Part shown: positions 1 through 11,489 of the stretch, in pieces | How the letters are laid out: each line of letters starts with the position of its first letter | Numbering within the stretch: the stretch's first letter is position 1 | Assembly: GCF_006345805.1 (NCBI RefSeq) | Contig: NC_042999.1 | Location: 112,964,001 to 113,028,000 of the forward strand | Length of the DNA stretch: 64,000 bases | Origin: Octopus sinensis | Lineage: Eukaryota | Reading direction: 5' to 3' | Notes under the pieces: generated by a model | Told to the model about the DNA's origin: nothing | Databases searched by the model: none | Seen by the model: the letters and a program-made list of their open reading frames with translations, nothing else | Program-made: the position numbers and the translations under genes

Positions 1-186
1 AGACCCTATGAAATACATGGCATTGAAACGTGTGCAAAGATATATAGGCAGAGTAGTTGGTGGAGGTTCATTTTTCATGGGTCCGCAAATAAGATTTGAG
101 ACCAGCAAAAATAACAACAACAACAACAATGAAACGGCACGGTCTGTCACAAACTACACACAAAAACGTCGCTGTGATTCACCTTC

Positions 187-745
187 TTGAGACTTTCTGA
201 ATCTTTTGTTGTGGAAAATGAAGTGAAGCAAGGGGACCTTGATGTAATCACCCTCTTTGCAATATACATTGCTGTTGTTCTGTCACACGCTTTTCAAAAC
301 TCTGAGAAGGGTATTTACATAAAAAATCGAACAAAGAATGTTTTTAATCTGACCAGACTGAAATTCAAAACAAATTTTTTTACTTCACTCATTAGGAAAC
401 TCTTATACGGTTATGATTGCGATCTAGTCAGTCATTTAGAAACAGGTCTGCTGTCTCTTGTATATGGATTTGACTCAGCTTGTGATGGTTTTAGTTTGAC
501 TATCAACTCGAAAAAAAAAAGCAGAGTTGTAAAGTATCATCCTTTACGTGGTGCTGTTTGGAAGCCCGACTCCTAAAATTTTCGTTAAGGGTACGTTACT
601 TGAGGTTGTTGACTCTTTCATCTACCTCGGAAGCTCTGTACAAAATTATGGAAATCTGGATATAGAAATAGATCTGTGAATTCAAAGGGCAGCCCAAGAA
701 TTTGATGGTTTGGAGTCACGCATTTAGCACCAACGACACACACAC

Positions 746-812
<67 letters not shown>

Positions 813-1000
813 ACACATCGATGCAAACTTTGCTTGGCCGAAATGTCAAGGGTGCTAAAAAATTCGCTTGATCCGGGGTCTTCTTAAATCCCAAAAGTGA
901 GATGTTTAGTCGATGCATTCATGAGAAAAAATTCATGTTGAAGATATGGTATTCCTCGCTTGCTGACTGTGGAATGAAGATCGTGTATAAACTGGTTCTT
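187..1000 (+). mobile_element. Degraded RTE-clade (BovB-like) LINE, RT fragment
   Basis: ORF 187-576 reads SESFVVENEVKQG...TLFAIY...GIYIKNRT..FNLTRL...IRKLLYGYDCDLVSH...FSLTINSKK. This matches BovB-type RT motifs (NGVKQG..APTLF; GIYIRYRT.G.LFNLRRL; RELLFADDCAL; FGLTIS.KKT). EVVDSFIYLGS follows at 602-634. Interrupted by (CA)n at 735-817; the end is approximate. Confidence 0.8.
735..817. repeat. (CA)n microsatellite
   Basis: Direct reading. Similar (CA/GT)n tracts at 1350-1425, 3132-3242, 9665-9815, 12097-12325, 28297-28352, 28575-28665 and 40165-40230. Confidence 0.98.
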
Positions 1001-1220
1001 TTCGGATTCAACCGGTCAAAGGGAGATAACTCCACTTTGATGAATTTCGTTTGACATTTTTTACCTACAACCCCAGCTAACCAAGACTGTATTCCTACTT
1101 CTATCAGTAGAGAGGTTATGGGCCCCTCCAGCTAGCATGTTTGCCGAGTTACCGATATTACTAAGAGCATAATAAATGCGAAACTAATAGTAACAATTCA
1201 CAGCCATAATCAATGACTAC

Positions 1221-1352
1221 TGGCTGTCTGGTTCTGGGTTCAGTCCCACTGCGTGGCATCATGGGCAAATGTCTTCTACTATAGTTTCGGACCGACCAAA
1301 GCTTTGTGAGTGGATTTGGCAGACGGAAACTGAATAGAAGCTTGTCGTGTAT
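1221..1352 (+). mobile_element. SINE family B, 5' half (tRNA-like head plus conserved core)
   Basis: GGTTCTGGGTTCAGTCCCACTGCGTGGCA..GGGCAAATGTCTTCTACTATAG...GTGAGTGGATTTGG..GACGGAAACTGA; the same block recurs at 8683, 27879, 39696 and on the minus strand at 51330 and 61840. Confidence 0.85.
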
Positions 1353-1363
1353 ACACACACACA

Positions 1364-1425
<62 letters not shown>

Positions 1426-1426
<1 letters not shown>

Positions 1427-1690
1427 TGGCTTAGTTGTTAAGGTTTTGCACTCACGATTGCGAGATCATGGGTTCAATTCCCAGCCCGAGCGTTGTGTTC
1501 TGTTCTTGAACAAAGAACTTCATTTCACGTTGCTCTGCGATCATTTCGACATCTGACATGTGGCACCCGTTGCACCTGTGCAGGTAATGTCAATTTGATG
1601 GCGGGAGTGAGCTTATATGTACACAAACATTTGATTACTATAAACAAATCATATGTGTGGTTGTTCGGTAAGAAATTGTCGAAGCCTATG
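1426..1690 (+). mobile_element. SINE family C (tRNA-derived head)
   Basis: A-box-like TGGCTTAGTTGTTAAG and B-box-like GGTTCAATTCCC, then TTGTGTTC..TTGAACAAAG..CTTCATTTCACGTTGCTCTGCGATCATTTCGACATCT; paralogue at 57640-57900. Confidence 0.8.
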
Positions 1691-1729
1691 TACATTGTCT
1701 AACTTCATATGTACATTGTCTAACTTCAT

Positions 1730-1774
<45 letters not shown>

Positions 1775-1777
<3 letters not shown>

Positions 1778-2545
1778 TTTGATTTTGATTTTTCCAGTTT
1801 CAGCTAATGAGCTGTGGCCATGCTGGGGCACCGCCATTTGGTTTGCTACACGATTTTACCTCACGGATGCTTTTTAGCAAACGCCATCTGATGCATGAGA
1901 GAGTTCGATGCAGCTGCCCTCATCTGCACCTCATGCCGTGAAGTTGAAGAATAGAGCTTTAATATCTTGAGTCTTTCCCAGTAGCTCATATGCTGCACAG
2001 AGGCTATCTTCTTCGTGTAGCTTCGTTGGATCGCCTCAGGTTCTGTGATCAACTTGACACTGGATGGTGACCATAGCTGAGAGCAATAGTCAAAGTGGCT
2101 TAGGACAAGTGTCTTCCAGAGGACCATCATGGTTTCTTGTTCTCTTGTTCTAAAGGTTCTAAGAATCCAGCCAGCCAGCCAGCCGTCTACATTTCATTGC
2201 CAGTTTAGCAACGTGTACATGAAAGGTCGCGTCATCACTCATGTGAATACCCAGGTCATGCACTGATTGTGCCTCTGGGATTGCAATCCCTCCGGGTCCA
2301 GTGTATTCATTGGGTATTGCATTCAGTTTTGCATGCTGATAGTATAAAGCTTGAAACTTTTCAGCATTGAACTGCATGCTATTCTTTTCAGCCCACTTGT
2401 ATATTTCGTCCAGCTCACATTGCAGGTGCTTAGTGTCCTCCGGGTTCTGTATTGCCTGTGAAACTTTTGTATCATCTGCATAACTTGTGATCGTGGCTCT
2501 CTGCGTGGCTGAGGGCATGTCTGAGAGGGCCATTATGAACAGTAG

Positions 2546-2546
<1 letters not shown>
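1775..2546 (-). mobile_element. CR1-group LINE, 5'-truncated copy 1
   Basis: ORFs 2159-2647 and 1861-2130 encode LLFIMALSDMP..SYADDTKV..FNAEKFQ and HFDYCSQLWSP; near-identical to 22555-24414; flanked by (TA)n on both sides. Confidence 0.92.
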
Positions 2547-2549
<3 letters not shown>

Positions 2550-2615
<66 letters not shown>

Positions 2616-2804
2616 TATATATAGTATATATATATATATACATACATATATACATATAATTTTTCTGAATCTTCATATTTTTTTCAATATGCTAGGCCAT
2701 TGGTTTAAATTGATATTAATCAAATTAATATTCAATTTTTACCCTTGTTATTTAAATTTATATATATATATATATAATATATATATATATATACATATAC
2801 ATAC

Positions 2805-2875
<71 letters not shown>

Positions 2876-2885
2876 TATATGTATG
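2550..2885. repeat. (TA)n microsatellite cluster
   Basis: Direct reading. Other large (TA)n tracts at 3910-4050, 8970-9022, 11080-11142, 27145-27310, 30518-30590, 31540-31636, 42230-42690 and 54190-54262. Confidence 0.97.
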
Positions 2886-2904
2886 TATATGTATTTATGT
2901 GAGC

Positions 2905-3132
2905 GTATCTTTGTGTCTGTGTTTGTCCCCCCATCATCGCTTGACAGCCGATGTTGGTATATTTACATCCTCGTAACTTAGCGGTTCGGCAAAAGAGACC
3001 GATAGAATAAGTACTAGGCTTACAAAGAATAATTCCTGGGGTCGATTTATTCGACTAAAACCCTTTAAGGCGGTGTCCCAGCATGGCTGCAGCGCAGTCA
3101 AATGACTGAAACATGTAATAAAATAAAAGAAT
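2905..3132 (+). mobile_element. SINE family B, 3' half
   Basis: TGTGTTTGTCCCCCCATCATCGCTTGACAGCCGATG...CTTAGCGGTTCGGCAAAAGAGACCGATAGAATAAGTACT...GGCGGTGTCCCAGCATGGCTGCAG..GACTGAAAC plus an A-rich tail. Confidence 0.88.
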
Positions 3133-3143
3133 ACACACACACA

Positions 3144-3244
<101 letters not shown>

Positions 3245-3908
3245 TGACCGCCTTTCCGCTAAATGAATGTGATTATCACTAACTGTTAAAAAATGTCACC
3301 AACGATTCTCATTATCAAAGAAAAAAAAAAGATAAGCCAGAGCAAAACACATCTCAGTAAGTTTCACAATTTTTATAATCTTCCCAAAGGGACATACTCT
3401 CAAGAAAATTAAGGGATGTCTCTCTCCCTGTAGTCTAACAGCAATCGAGGACCAGACTGAAATTTCTATATTTCCTGGTGAGGGTTCTGGTTTAGCCACT
3501 TACATCTCGACTATGCAACCACCAAGTTGCGCAGGGTCATATGTTATTAATAGCGTGCACAGTGCGACCAGATATAATAGCACACACACGCGCATGCACG
3601 CCCACCAGTCTGTACGCACGCACACGCGCGCATACTCACATACGAGTGCGCACGCACACACACAAACATATTTAGGTTTCGGATGATTATTTTTGCTACT
3701 TAAAGCTTTATATCCTTAGGACAGACTGTGGCCATTAATATTGTTTATCACTGTAGAGTCTTCTAGGTATTGGGTTCTTTTACGCTATTAACAATACACA
3801 CACTCTCACACATACAAACACACACCAACTATCTACATATACACCACTAACTACGCTCACACGCGCACTCTTACACACTCCTATTTATACATACATATAC
3901 ATGTGGGC

Positions 3909-3964
<56 letters not shown>

Positions 3965-4057
3965 ATTGTGTATTTATATATATATATATATATATTTGTG
4001 TATTTATATATATATATATATATATTTGTGTATTTATATATATATATATTTGTGTAT

Positions 4058-5907
4058 AGAGAAATGTGTTCGCATGGATGATGGTTCACTTGCGCTGAAT
4101 GAGGATGCAAAGAGAGAGGTTTGGAGATGCCACTATGAAAGGTTGCTCAACAAAGAGAATGAATGGGATAAAGAGAGTCTGCCGAATGTCGACCCAATAG
4201 AGGGACCAGCTATCCGAGTTGACAGTTCCATGGTAGTTAAGGAAATTAGTAGCATGAAGACAGAGAAAGCCCCAAGCCCATCAGGAATTACTGCTGAGAT
4301 GCTCAAAATATCTGGCAGTGTCGGCTATAGCCTAGTCACCCATATAGTTAAGCAGGTGATACACGAAGGAGTCATACCCAATGACTGGTGTAGTAGCATA
4401 ATAGTCAACTGCTACAAAGGTAAGGGTGACGCTCTAGATACAAGTAATTACAGAGGTATCAAGCTGTTGGATCAGGTGATGAAGGTTACGGAAAGCGTCA
4501 TAGCCCAACTGATTAGAGAGAGAGTCAACCTAGACGAGATGCAGTTTGGTTTCGTGCCAGGGAAAAGCACCACTGATGCCATATTTCTGGTGAGACAGCT
4601 GCAGGAGAAATACCTAGCGAAAGATAAAACTCTGTACCTGGCTTTCGTTGACCTGGAGAAAGCCTTTGACAGGGTCCCCCGTTCCCTTATCTGGTGGTCA
4701 ATGAGGAAACTAGGTATAGATGAATGGTTAGTGAGAGCTGTGCGTGCCATGTACAGGGACGCTGTTAGTAAGGTGAGGGTTGGCAACGAGTACAGCAAAG
4801 AAATTCCCTCACTCAGCCCCCTCCTATCTATCATAGTCCTCCAGGCAATAACGGAGGAATTCAAGACAGGATGCCCCTGGGAGCTCCTCTATGCTGATGA
4901 CCTTGCTCTAATTGTTGAATCACTATCGGAACTCGAGGAGAAGTTTCAGGTGTGGAAGCAAGGATTAGAATCGAAGGGCCTTAGAGTCAATCTAGCTAAA
5001 ACCAAAGTCCTAATAAGTAGGAAGGTAGACAAATTTCAAACGCCATAGGTAGATGGCCCTGCTCGATCTGTAGAAAAGGCGTAGGTAGGAACTCTATAAG
5101 ATGCACCAAGTGTAAGCTATGGGCACATAAGAGGTGCAGCAATGTCAAAGGAAGGCTAACTAGGAAAATAGTTTTTGTATGTGGCAGATGCTCTGGTGCA
5201 ATAAACACTGAAAGTGCGCAGAGACCATCTTCCGTCACATTCCAGGGAGAAAAACTTGAAATAGTTGATAGTTTCCGTTACCTAGGTGACCAAGTCAGTA
5301 GCGGGGGTGGGTGTGCCGAAAGTGTAACTGCTAGAGTAAGAATAGCCTGGGTAAAGTTCAGAGAGCTCTTACCTCTGCTGGTGACAAAAGGCCTCTCGCT
5401 CAGAGTAAAAGGCAGACTGTATGACGCATGTGTGCGAACAGCCATGCTACATGGCAGTGAAACATGGGCCGTGACTGCTGAGGATATGCGTAAGCTTGCA
5501 AGAAATGAAGCCAGTATGCTCCGTTGGGGGCCGTGACTGCTGAGGATATGCGTAAGCTTGCAAGAAATGAAGCCAGTATGCTCCGTTGGGTGTGTAATGT
5601 CAGTGTTCATACCAGACAGAGTGTAAGTGCCTTGAGAGAAAAGTTGGACCTAAGAAGCATCAGATGTGGTGTGCAAGAGAGGCGTCTACGCTGGTATGGA
5701 CACGTAGTAAGAATGGATGAAGATAGTTGTGAGAAAAAGTGCCACACCCTGGCGGTTGAGGGAACCTGTGGAAGAGGCAGACCCAGGAAAACCTGGGACG
5801 AGGTGGTGAAGAACAACCTTCGCTCTTTAGGTCTTACCGAGGAAATGACCAGAGACCGAGACCTTTGGAAGTATGCTGTGTGTGAGAAGACCCGGCTGGA
5901 CAAGTGA
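4058..5907 (+). pseudogene. RTE ORF (reverse transcriptase with C4HC3 finger), disrupted
   Basis: Open 4058-5048, frameshift near 5046, second frame open to 5527, a 62-bp duplication frameshift, then open to the stop at 5907. The G..QG motif is deleted near 4800. Confidence 0.9.
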
Positions 5908-6396
5908 GGCCATAACCCATGGCCCCTACCTGGAACGTAGTCAGTGCACCTATGTATACCTTCCTTCTTGGGACACATAACTCTACTTGTGAAGACCTGT
6001 TGAGGCAAGTGAAAATGGACAAAATCAAAAACAAACTCGATGAACATTAATGGAATTTGTAGTTTTGTGGTAACAGTGCAGGTGGCACATACGAAAACCA
6101 TCCGAACGTGGCCGTAGCCAGTACCGCATTGACTGGCCTCCGTGCCGGTGGCACGTAAAAAACACCATCCGAGCGTGGCCGTTCGCCAGCCTCGTCTGGC
6201 ACCTGTGTCGGTGGCACATAAAATCACCCACTACACTCTCGGAGTGGTTGGTGTTAGGAAGGGCATCCAGCTGTAGAAACACTGCCAGATCTGACTGGCC
6301 TGGTGCAGCCTTCGGGCTTCCCAGACCCCAGTTGAACCGTCCAACCCATGCTAGCATGGAAAGCGGACGTTAAACGATGATGATGATGATGATGAT
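4058..6396 (+). mobile_element. RTE-clade LINE, 5'-truncated, with 3' UTR and (GAT)n tail
   Basis: RT motifs [78 protein letters not shown]. Ends AACCCATGCTAGCATGGAAAGCGGACGTTAAAC(GAT)7. Confidence 0.95.
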
Positions 6397-6618
6397 ATTT
6401 ATTTGTGTATTTATATATATATATATTTTTACCCATGTGGCTATGGCCATGCTGGAACACCTCTGTGAATTTATATCCTTTCCACAACCAACTACAGAAG
6501 GGGGCTCTGGAAAGGGTACCAATTCACGTACGTGCTCCAGCACGACTACAGTCGCATGGCTGAAACGTATAAAAGAATAAAAAAGAATACATGCGCGCAC
6601 GCACACACACATACGCAC

Positions 6619-6655
<37 letters not shown>

Positions 6656-6677
6656 TACACACACATACACCCATATA

Positions 6678-6909
6678 TTTCTTTTTATCTTTTATTTTAT
6701 ACTTGTTTCGGTCATTTGACTGCTGCTATGCTGGGACACCGCCTTGAAAGGTTTTAGTCGAACAAATGGGCCCCAGGACCCTTTTAAAAACCTAGTACCT
6801 ATCCCCGCTATGTTATGGGGATGTAAACACACCAACATCAGTTGTCCAGCGACAGTGTGGTACAAACACAGACACAAAGACACACGACGGGTTTCTTTTA
6901 GTTTCCGTG
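6678..6909 (-). mobile_element. SINE family B, partial
   Basis: Reverse complement of the family B tail (TGCTATGCTGGGACACCGCCTT; GTACCTATCCCCGCTATGTTATGGGGATGTAAACACACCAACATC). Confidence 0.75.
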
Positions 6910-6926
6910 TATATATATATATGTCT

Positions 6927-6964
<38 letters not shown>

Positions 6965-8139
6965 ATACATACATATATACAGGTAAGAACAAAAGAAACA
7001 AAAAAATCGAAATCTTTTTTTCATCCATTTTGTAAAATAAAAGAAATTTGGATCCAGAATGAAACTACTACCGAAATCTTATAGTCTTTATCTCTTCGGT
7101 TATTTGCTGTAAAACCTTGTATTCCTGGTTAAAATCGCTCCTCATAAAATGACTTTTACTTGTATTTCTCAACCTGAAAATTGAAGTTCGAATTTTTTTT
7201 CATACGGTTCAATATTTAATGAAATGTTAATTTGTAGCTGTTTTATTATTAGCTTTATATCTGCAATGGTAGTCAAACGAATCAATGTTTAAATATTATA
7301 ATATTATTAACATTTAAATTATGGGTTTTGTTCACCCAAGATAAGATTTCTCTCTTTTTCTCTCTCCTCCCTCCTCTCTCTCTCTCAGTCTCTCTGTCTC
7401 TTTCTTATCCAGTCACTCACATTCTCTCATTCTTTCAGCTTTTCACTTTCTTACTCTCTTCCCTCTCTTTCGGTCTCTCCGGCTCTTCTAAGTCTAAAAA
7501 TGTCAAACTTAATGATAAGGTTGAAAAAATAAAAAAAGATAAAAACAAAGAAACAAAACACGTTATTATTGAAAAACAAATATTATTAACATTTAAATTG
7601 TTTTTTTTTCTTTTTAGCAAAGATAAGATTTCACTTTCCCAACGTCTCTCTTTTTCTCTCTCTTTCTGTAAACACGTTAAATATAGAGGTACACTTGACT
7701 AACATTTTTATTGTTAAAAAGGATTTCAACATTTTTCTCGTTCGACTTGGATGATGCTTTCATAATTTTATTAGCAGTTTTTACCATTCGTTAATTCTTG
7801 ATGAACAAGGCAGGCCAATGACCTCTCTCTTTGTTGTTTTACAGTGTATCAATGGAATCTACTATAAGGCTCCCCAAATTTTCCAGTCTCGGACAGTTTA
7901 TATATCTTGTGAAAGGCATCATAGATTCAAATTTTGTGGGACTTCGGCACAAAATTTCCAATACTCAAACAGCATATAATAAGAACCGCAGAAATTTTAC
8001 AGTTTATATATCTTAATTCTATTTTGATGTATAAATATATAGGCCTTCTTCGTAATATCATTTCATTATATTAACGATTTCGATGATGTCTCCGATCTCG
8101 TTCCATAGCTAATATTTCTATACTGTCATCATCATCATC

Positions 8140-8640
8140 CGGTCGGGCGTCTTGCTCGGACCAATAATTCATATTGGTCTTTCGATAACTGAATGTTTCA
8201 TCTGCGCACACCACGACTACAGATGGTAGCAGCAGGTCGTTAACTGAACAGGTTGATCTTGATCGTCGACTGTTTCTTGTTCATTCGCTCAGCGGCTAGC
8301 GATATTCGCTATTGACTCAATAAGTTAATCTGCTGAAATAGTTCACATCCACCATGCTGCATCTCATGATTTCATTGCAACCCAGGTTCGATCGGTCACC
8401 GGGTGCTAGGCTTTGCCAAGAGGCCACCGGTGCTTTATTCTTGTAGCGTGGTCATGAATGAAAGCTTGTTGTAAGTATATACATAGTTTATTGCTACATC
8501 AATAGCGAAGGTGTTCATGCAATACAAGAAGAGTACATCTTTTATGAAATGGCATATATTACAGGTGCAGGAGATCTTCATCAGAAATTCCCATTAAGGC
8601 TGATTTCTTGTTGCCGTGCGGTATGTTTCTTCATCTATCG
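8140..8640 (-). mobile_element. Possible very old RTE LINE 3' end
   Basis: Minus strand ends in (GAT)n at 8145-8158; upstream translates with breaks as WQSLAPGDRS (compare WE.LA.DRS.W). Weak. Confidence 0.3.
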
Positions 8641-8682
8641 TGCCGGGGTGAATATGTAACTGTGAAAACAGCTATGTCACGT

Positions 8683-8825
8683 GAGGCGTGGCTGAGTGGT
8701 TTAGAAGTTTGCCTTCCAGCCATGTGATGGTAAGTCCAGTTCGCTGCGCAGTATCTTGGGCAAGTCTCTTTTACGAGCCAACTAAAGCTTTGTGAGTAGA
8801 TTTAATAGACGGAAACTATAAGAAC
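8683..8825 (+). mobile_element. SINE family B, 5' half
   Basis: GGCGTGGCTGAGTGGTTTAGAAGTTTGCCTTCC...TTGGGCAAGTC...TTGTGAGTAGATTT..GACGGAAACT. Confidence 0.78.
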
Positions 8826-8986
8826 AGTGTCAACAGCCGACAACTGATGAAGGATCGTTCTTTATGTTACCTGTCTTGTTTTCCATCTGTTTCTCTCGTT
8901 GTTCGCATACCCAGGTTTGCCTTCGTATTTCATGTTGTTTACGTTTTGTGAACCCCTGTACCCATATATATATGCATATATATATA

Positions 8987-9023
<37 letters not shown>

Positions 9024-9029
<6 letters not shown>

Positions 9030-9216
9030 CCAGACATGAAAGCACAAAAAAACACAACAACGCGATGACGTGGAAGAAATATAGTATTATTAGACGCTCA
9101 GGAAAGAAGGAGGGTTTAACGTTTCGAGCGGAGCTCTTCGTCGGAAACATAGGAGAAGGAAAGATCCAGAGAAGGGAAGACGGAGGAAAAAAATCGCCAA
9201 CGGTACACACGCGGTC
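9024..9216 (-). mobile_element. PLE-type terminal repeat carrying a hammerhead motif
   Basis: Minus strand CCTTCTCTGGA...GACGAAGAGCTCCGCTCGAAACGTTAAACCCTCCTT...CCTGAGCGTCTAAT; homologous to 52810-52990; abuts (TA)n. Confidence 0.7.
9114..9148 (-). ncRNA. Minimal type I hammerhead ribozyme motif (U4C variant)
   Basis: GUUU-CCGACGA-A-GAGC(UCC)GCUC-GAAA-CG-UU-AAAC: stem I GUUU/AAAC, stem II GAGC/GCUC, palindromic ACGU stem III. Confidence 0.62.
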
Positions 9217-9360
9217 ACTCTCAAAAAAATTACGCTGTTATCCCTATGATAACTTATCCTCTAAGCAAAAAACTTGGTTTATTATTCAAATAAATTCAAA
9301 ATTAAGGAAGTTATAATGATTCATAAATACTTTTTATTCCTTGATCACCCCAACCAAAAT
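9217..9360 (-). pseudogene. rrnL: Nuclear copy of a mitochondrial 16S rRNA fragment (NUMT, ~144 bp)
   Basis: Minus strand TTGGTTGGGGTGATCAAGGAATAA...AACTTCCTTAA...TAAACCAAG...GATAAGTTATCATAGGGATAACAGCGTAATTTTTTTGAGAGT. It carries the conserved AGGGATAACAGCGTAAT motif and the upstream TTGGGGTGAT motif in the correct order and spacing. Confidence 0.93.
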
Positions 9361-9469
9361 ATATATATTGGTAAGTATGTACATGTATGTATGTATGTAT
9401 GTATGTATGTATGTATGTATGTATGTATGTATGTATGTATGTATGTATGTATGCATATATATATTGATA

Positions 9470-9660
9470 AAAATGGTAAGATAACAAAAGAATGAAAGAG
9501 ACCTCGATATTATGTAAATAGAGGAATTTATCTGTAAATGTAATATGTGACTGCATTTTTCCGATGGCCGGATAACTGAAGAGATGGCGGCGTAGATTTC
9601 CACCTCGGCATCCGAAACTCGGAGTTTTATCATGGCTACCGAATAATTGTCACATATTAC
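9470..9660 (+). mobile_element. Second PLE-type terminal repeat with a degenerate hammerhead-like motif
   Basis: CTGAAGA-GATG...CATC-CGAAAC-TC at 9576-9620; lies between microsatellites. Confidence 0.4.
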
Positions 9661-9696
9661 ATTTACACACACACAACACACACACACACACACACA

Positions 9697-9727
<31 letters not shown>

Positions 9728-9771
9728 TACACACACACACACACACCACACACACACACACAACACACACA

Positions 9772-9825
<54 letters not shown>

Positions 9826-9826
9826 G

Positions 9827-9892
<66 letters not shown>

Positions 9893-11076
9893 CATACAGT
9901 AAAAGCAATTAAGATTCAAGTCAGTTCTAATGAATTCACTTGAATGCGGTACTTAACTTAGATGCACCAGAAAACTGTATGGTATTAACCATACAATAAT
10001 GTGGGGTGATTATAAACGAGAAAAAAGCAACAAGAATGGATTAGTTTTTTTAGTACAATTGTTTCATACAAAGACAGGCTTTATTAAAAGCTGCAAATAT
10101 TGCAGCAAATACAAGTGTCCCGTACTCATCAATTAAAACACATATGAGTTCTCCAAACATCCTAGTGGGTGAGGCTACACTTATGAAGTATGGGAGATAG
10201 TTTTATAAAAAGCAAATTTAGGTTGTAAGCGGACTTCCAAAGTTCTTTAATGATGATGCACAGTCTTATCACAGGTTTTAAAAAAGCTTATTAGCTTCAC
10301 AGAGAAGGTGAATCCATCCATAATGTAGGTGCAAATTTCCAGAGATATGAGGAAATATTTCATACTCACAGACGATGAATCTATCCATGATTAATCCACA
10401 ATGAGGTGGGTATAATTCCTGCAAATTCTAAGTCAGTCTGCCTGTCTCCACAGAAAGAGACTTTTCTGTGTAGGTGGATACCTGCGACCCCTTCCCTCTC
10501 AGGTATCCCAGTATACTCTATGTGGGCGTTTTTTCTTTTTTTCTTCTTCTTCTTTTTCTTTCTTTCTTTTCTTTTTTTCTTTTCTTTTCTTTTCTTTGCT
10601 CCACAAAATTCCTTCAGTCTTTATAAATTCTAACATAGCAGTTTTGTGAAAGGAACAGTGGTGTGACAAGTATATTAGCATATAGCATAAAACAGTTTTG
10701 CCATGGGCTCTTAGGAGCCTAGTTCGATTTGTTTTGCTCCGCCTCTGTTCTGTTTTTGTTTTTTCCAACGGATTTCCTATTTCTTCCTGAAGAGAAAGAC
10801 ACAATATGGTCTCATTATTCAATCGGATTTTGGTAAATTGTGCCTTTCGAAACACGTGTAGAATGAAATAAAACGATTTCTGTGCAATCTTCGTTCAGCT
10901 CCATTTCTTCAATTCACCAATAATATTTCAATTTCAATTATCCGCACCAATGCACGGTTGCAACACCATATGGTTGTATCTCCAACCGTGCTGTCTTCTG
11001 CTGTGATTTTTGCTACCAAGGTATCGGTTAAACTTTTGATTAATCTGCTACAAGATTATTCATCTTTCTATTTCAC

Positions 11077-11143
<67 letters not shown>

Positions 11144-11489
11144 GTAACGTAAAGTGTTGGCTAAAGATCTATAGACGTGCTCTATGATATTTCATAACAA
11201 TGAAACGAAACACTTTAAATCTTTTTCGTTGCCATGTTTCTGTTGACATACAGTGCTTTTGTATAAATTAACTTGGAAAATAATGAATAATTTAGCGAAA
11301 TAATTGTAATTAAGTTGATGTTTGGAACATAAATTAGCATGGAATTTCGATGAAATTTAATTTAGATCACTTTAAAACAGCAAGCTTGTATCATAGGACC
11401 AAGGGCGGTTTGAAGCAGGCTGGTATTGATTAGATTAACACAATATAATAAAGATCGTTAATACTCGGACACATATAATACAGAATATT

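Noticed and set aside
618-918. Many listed ORFs with VCVC, THTH or YIYI runs (also at 1161, 2689, 9334-9943, 11944-12429, 31451-31905, 42226-42703, 46731-47056)
   Set aside because: Translations of (CA)n, (GT)n and (TA)n microsatellites, which lack stops in some frames; not genes.
9493-9510. GAGACCTCGATATT resembling 16S GCGACCTCGATGTT as an extension of the NUMT
   Set aside because: Opposite orientation to the NUMT, very short, and flanks do not match; likely chance.
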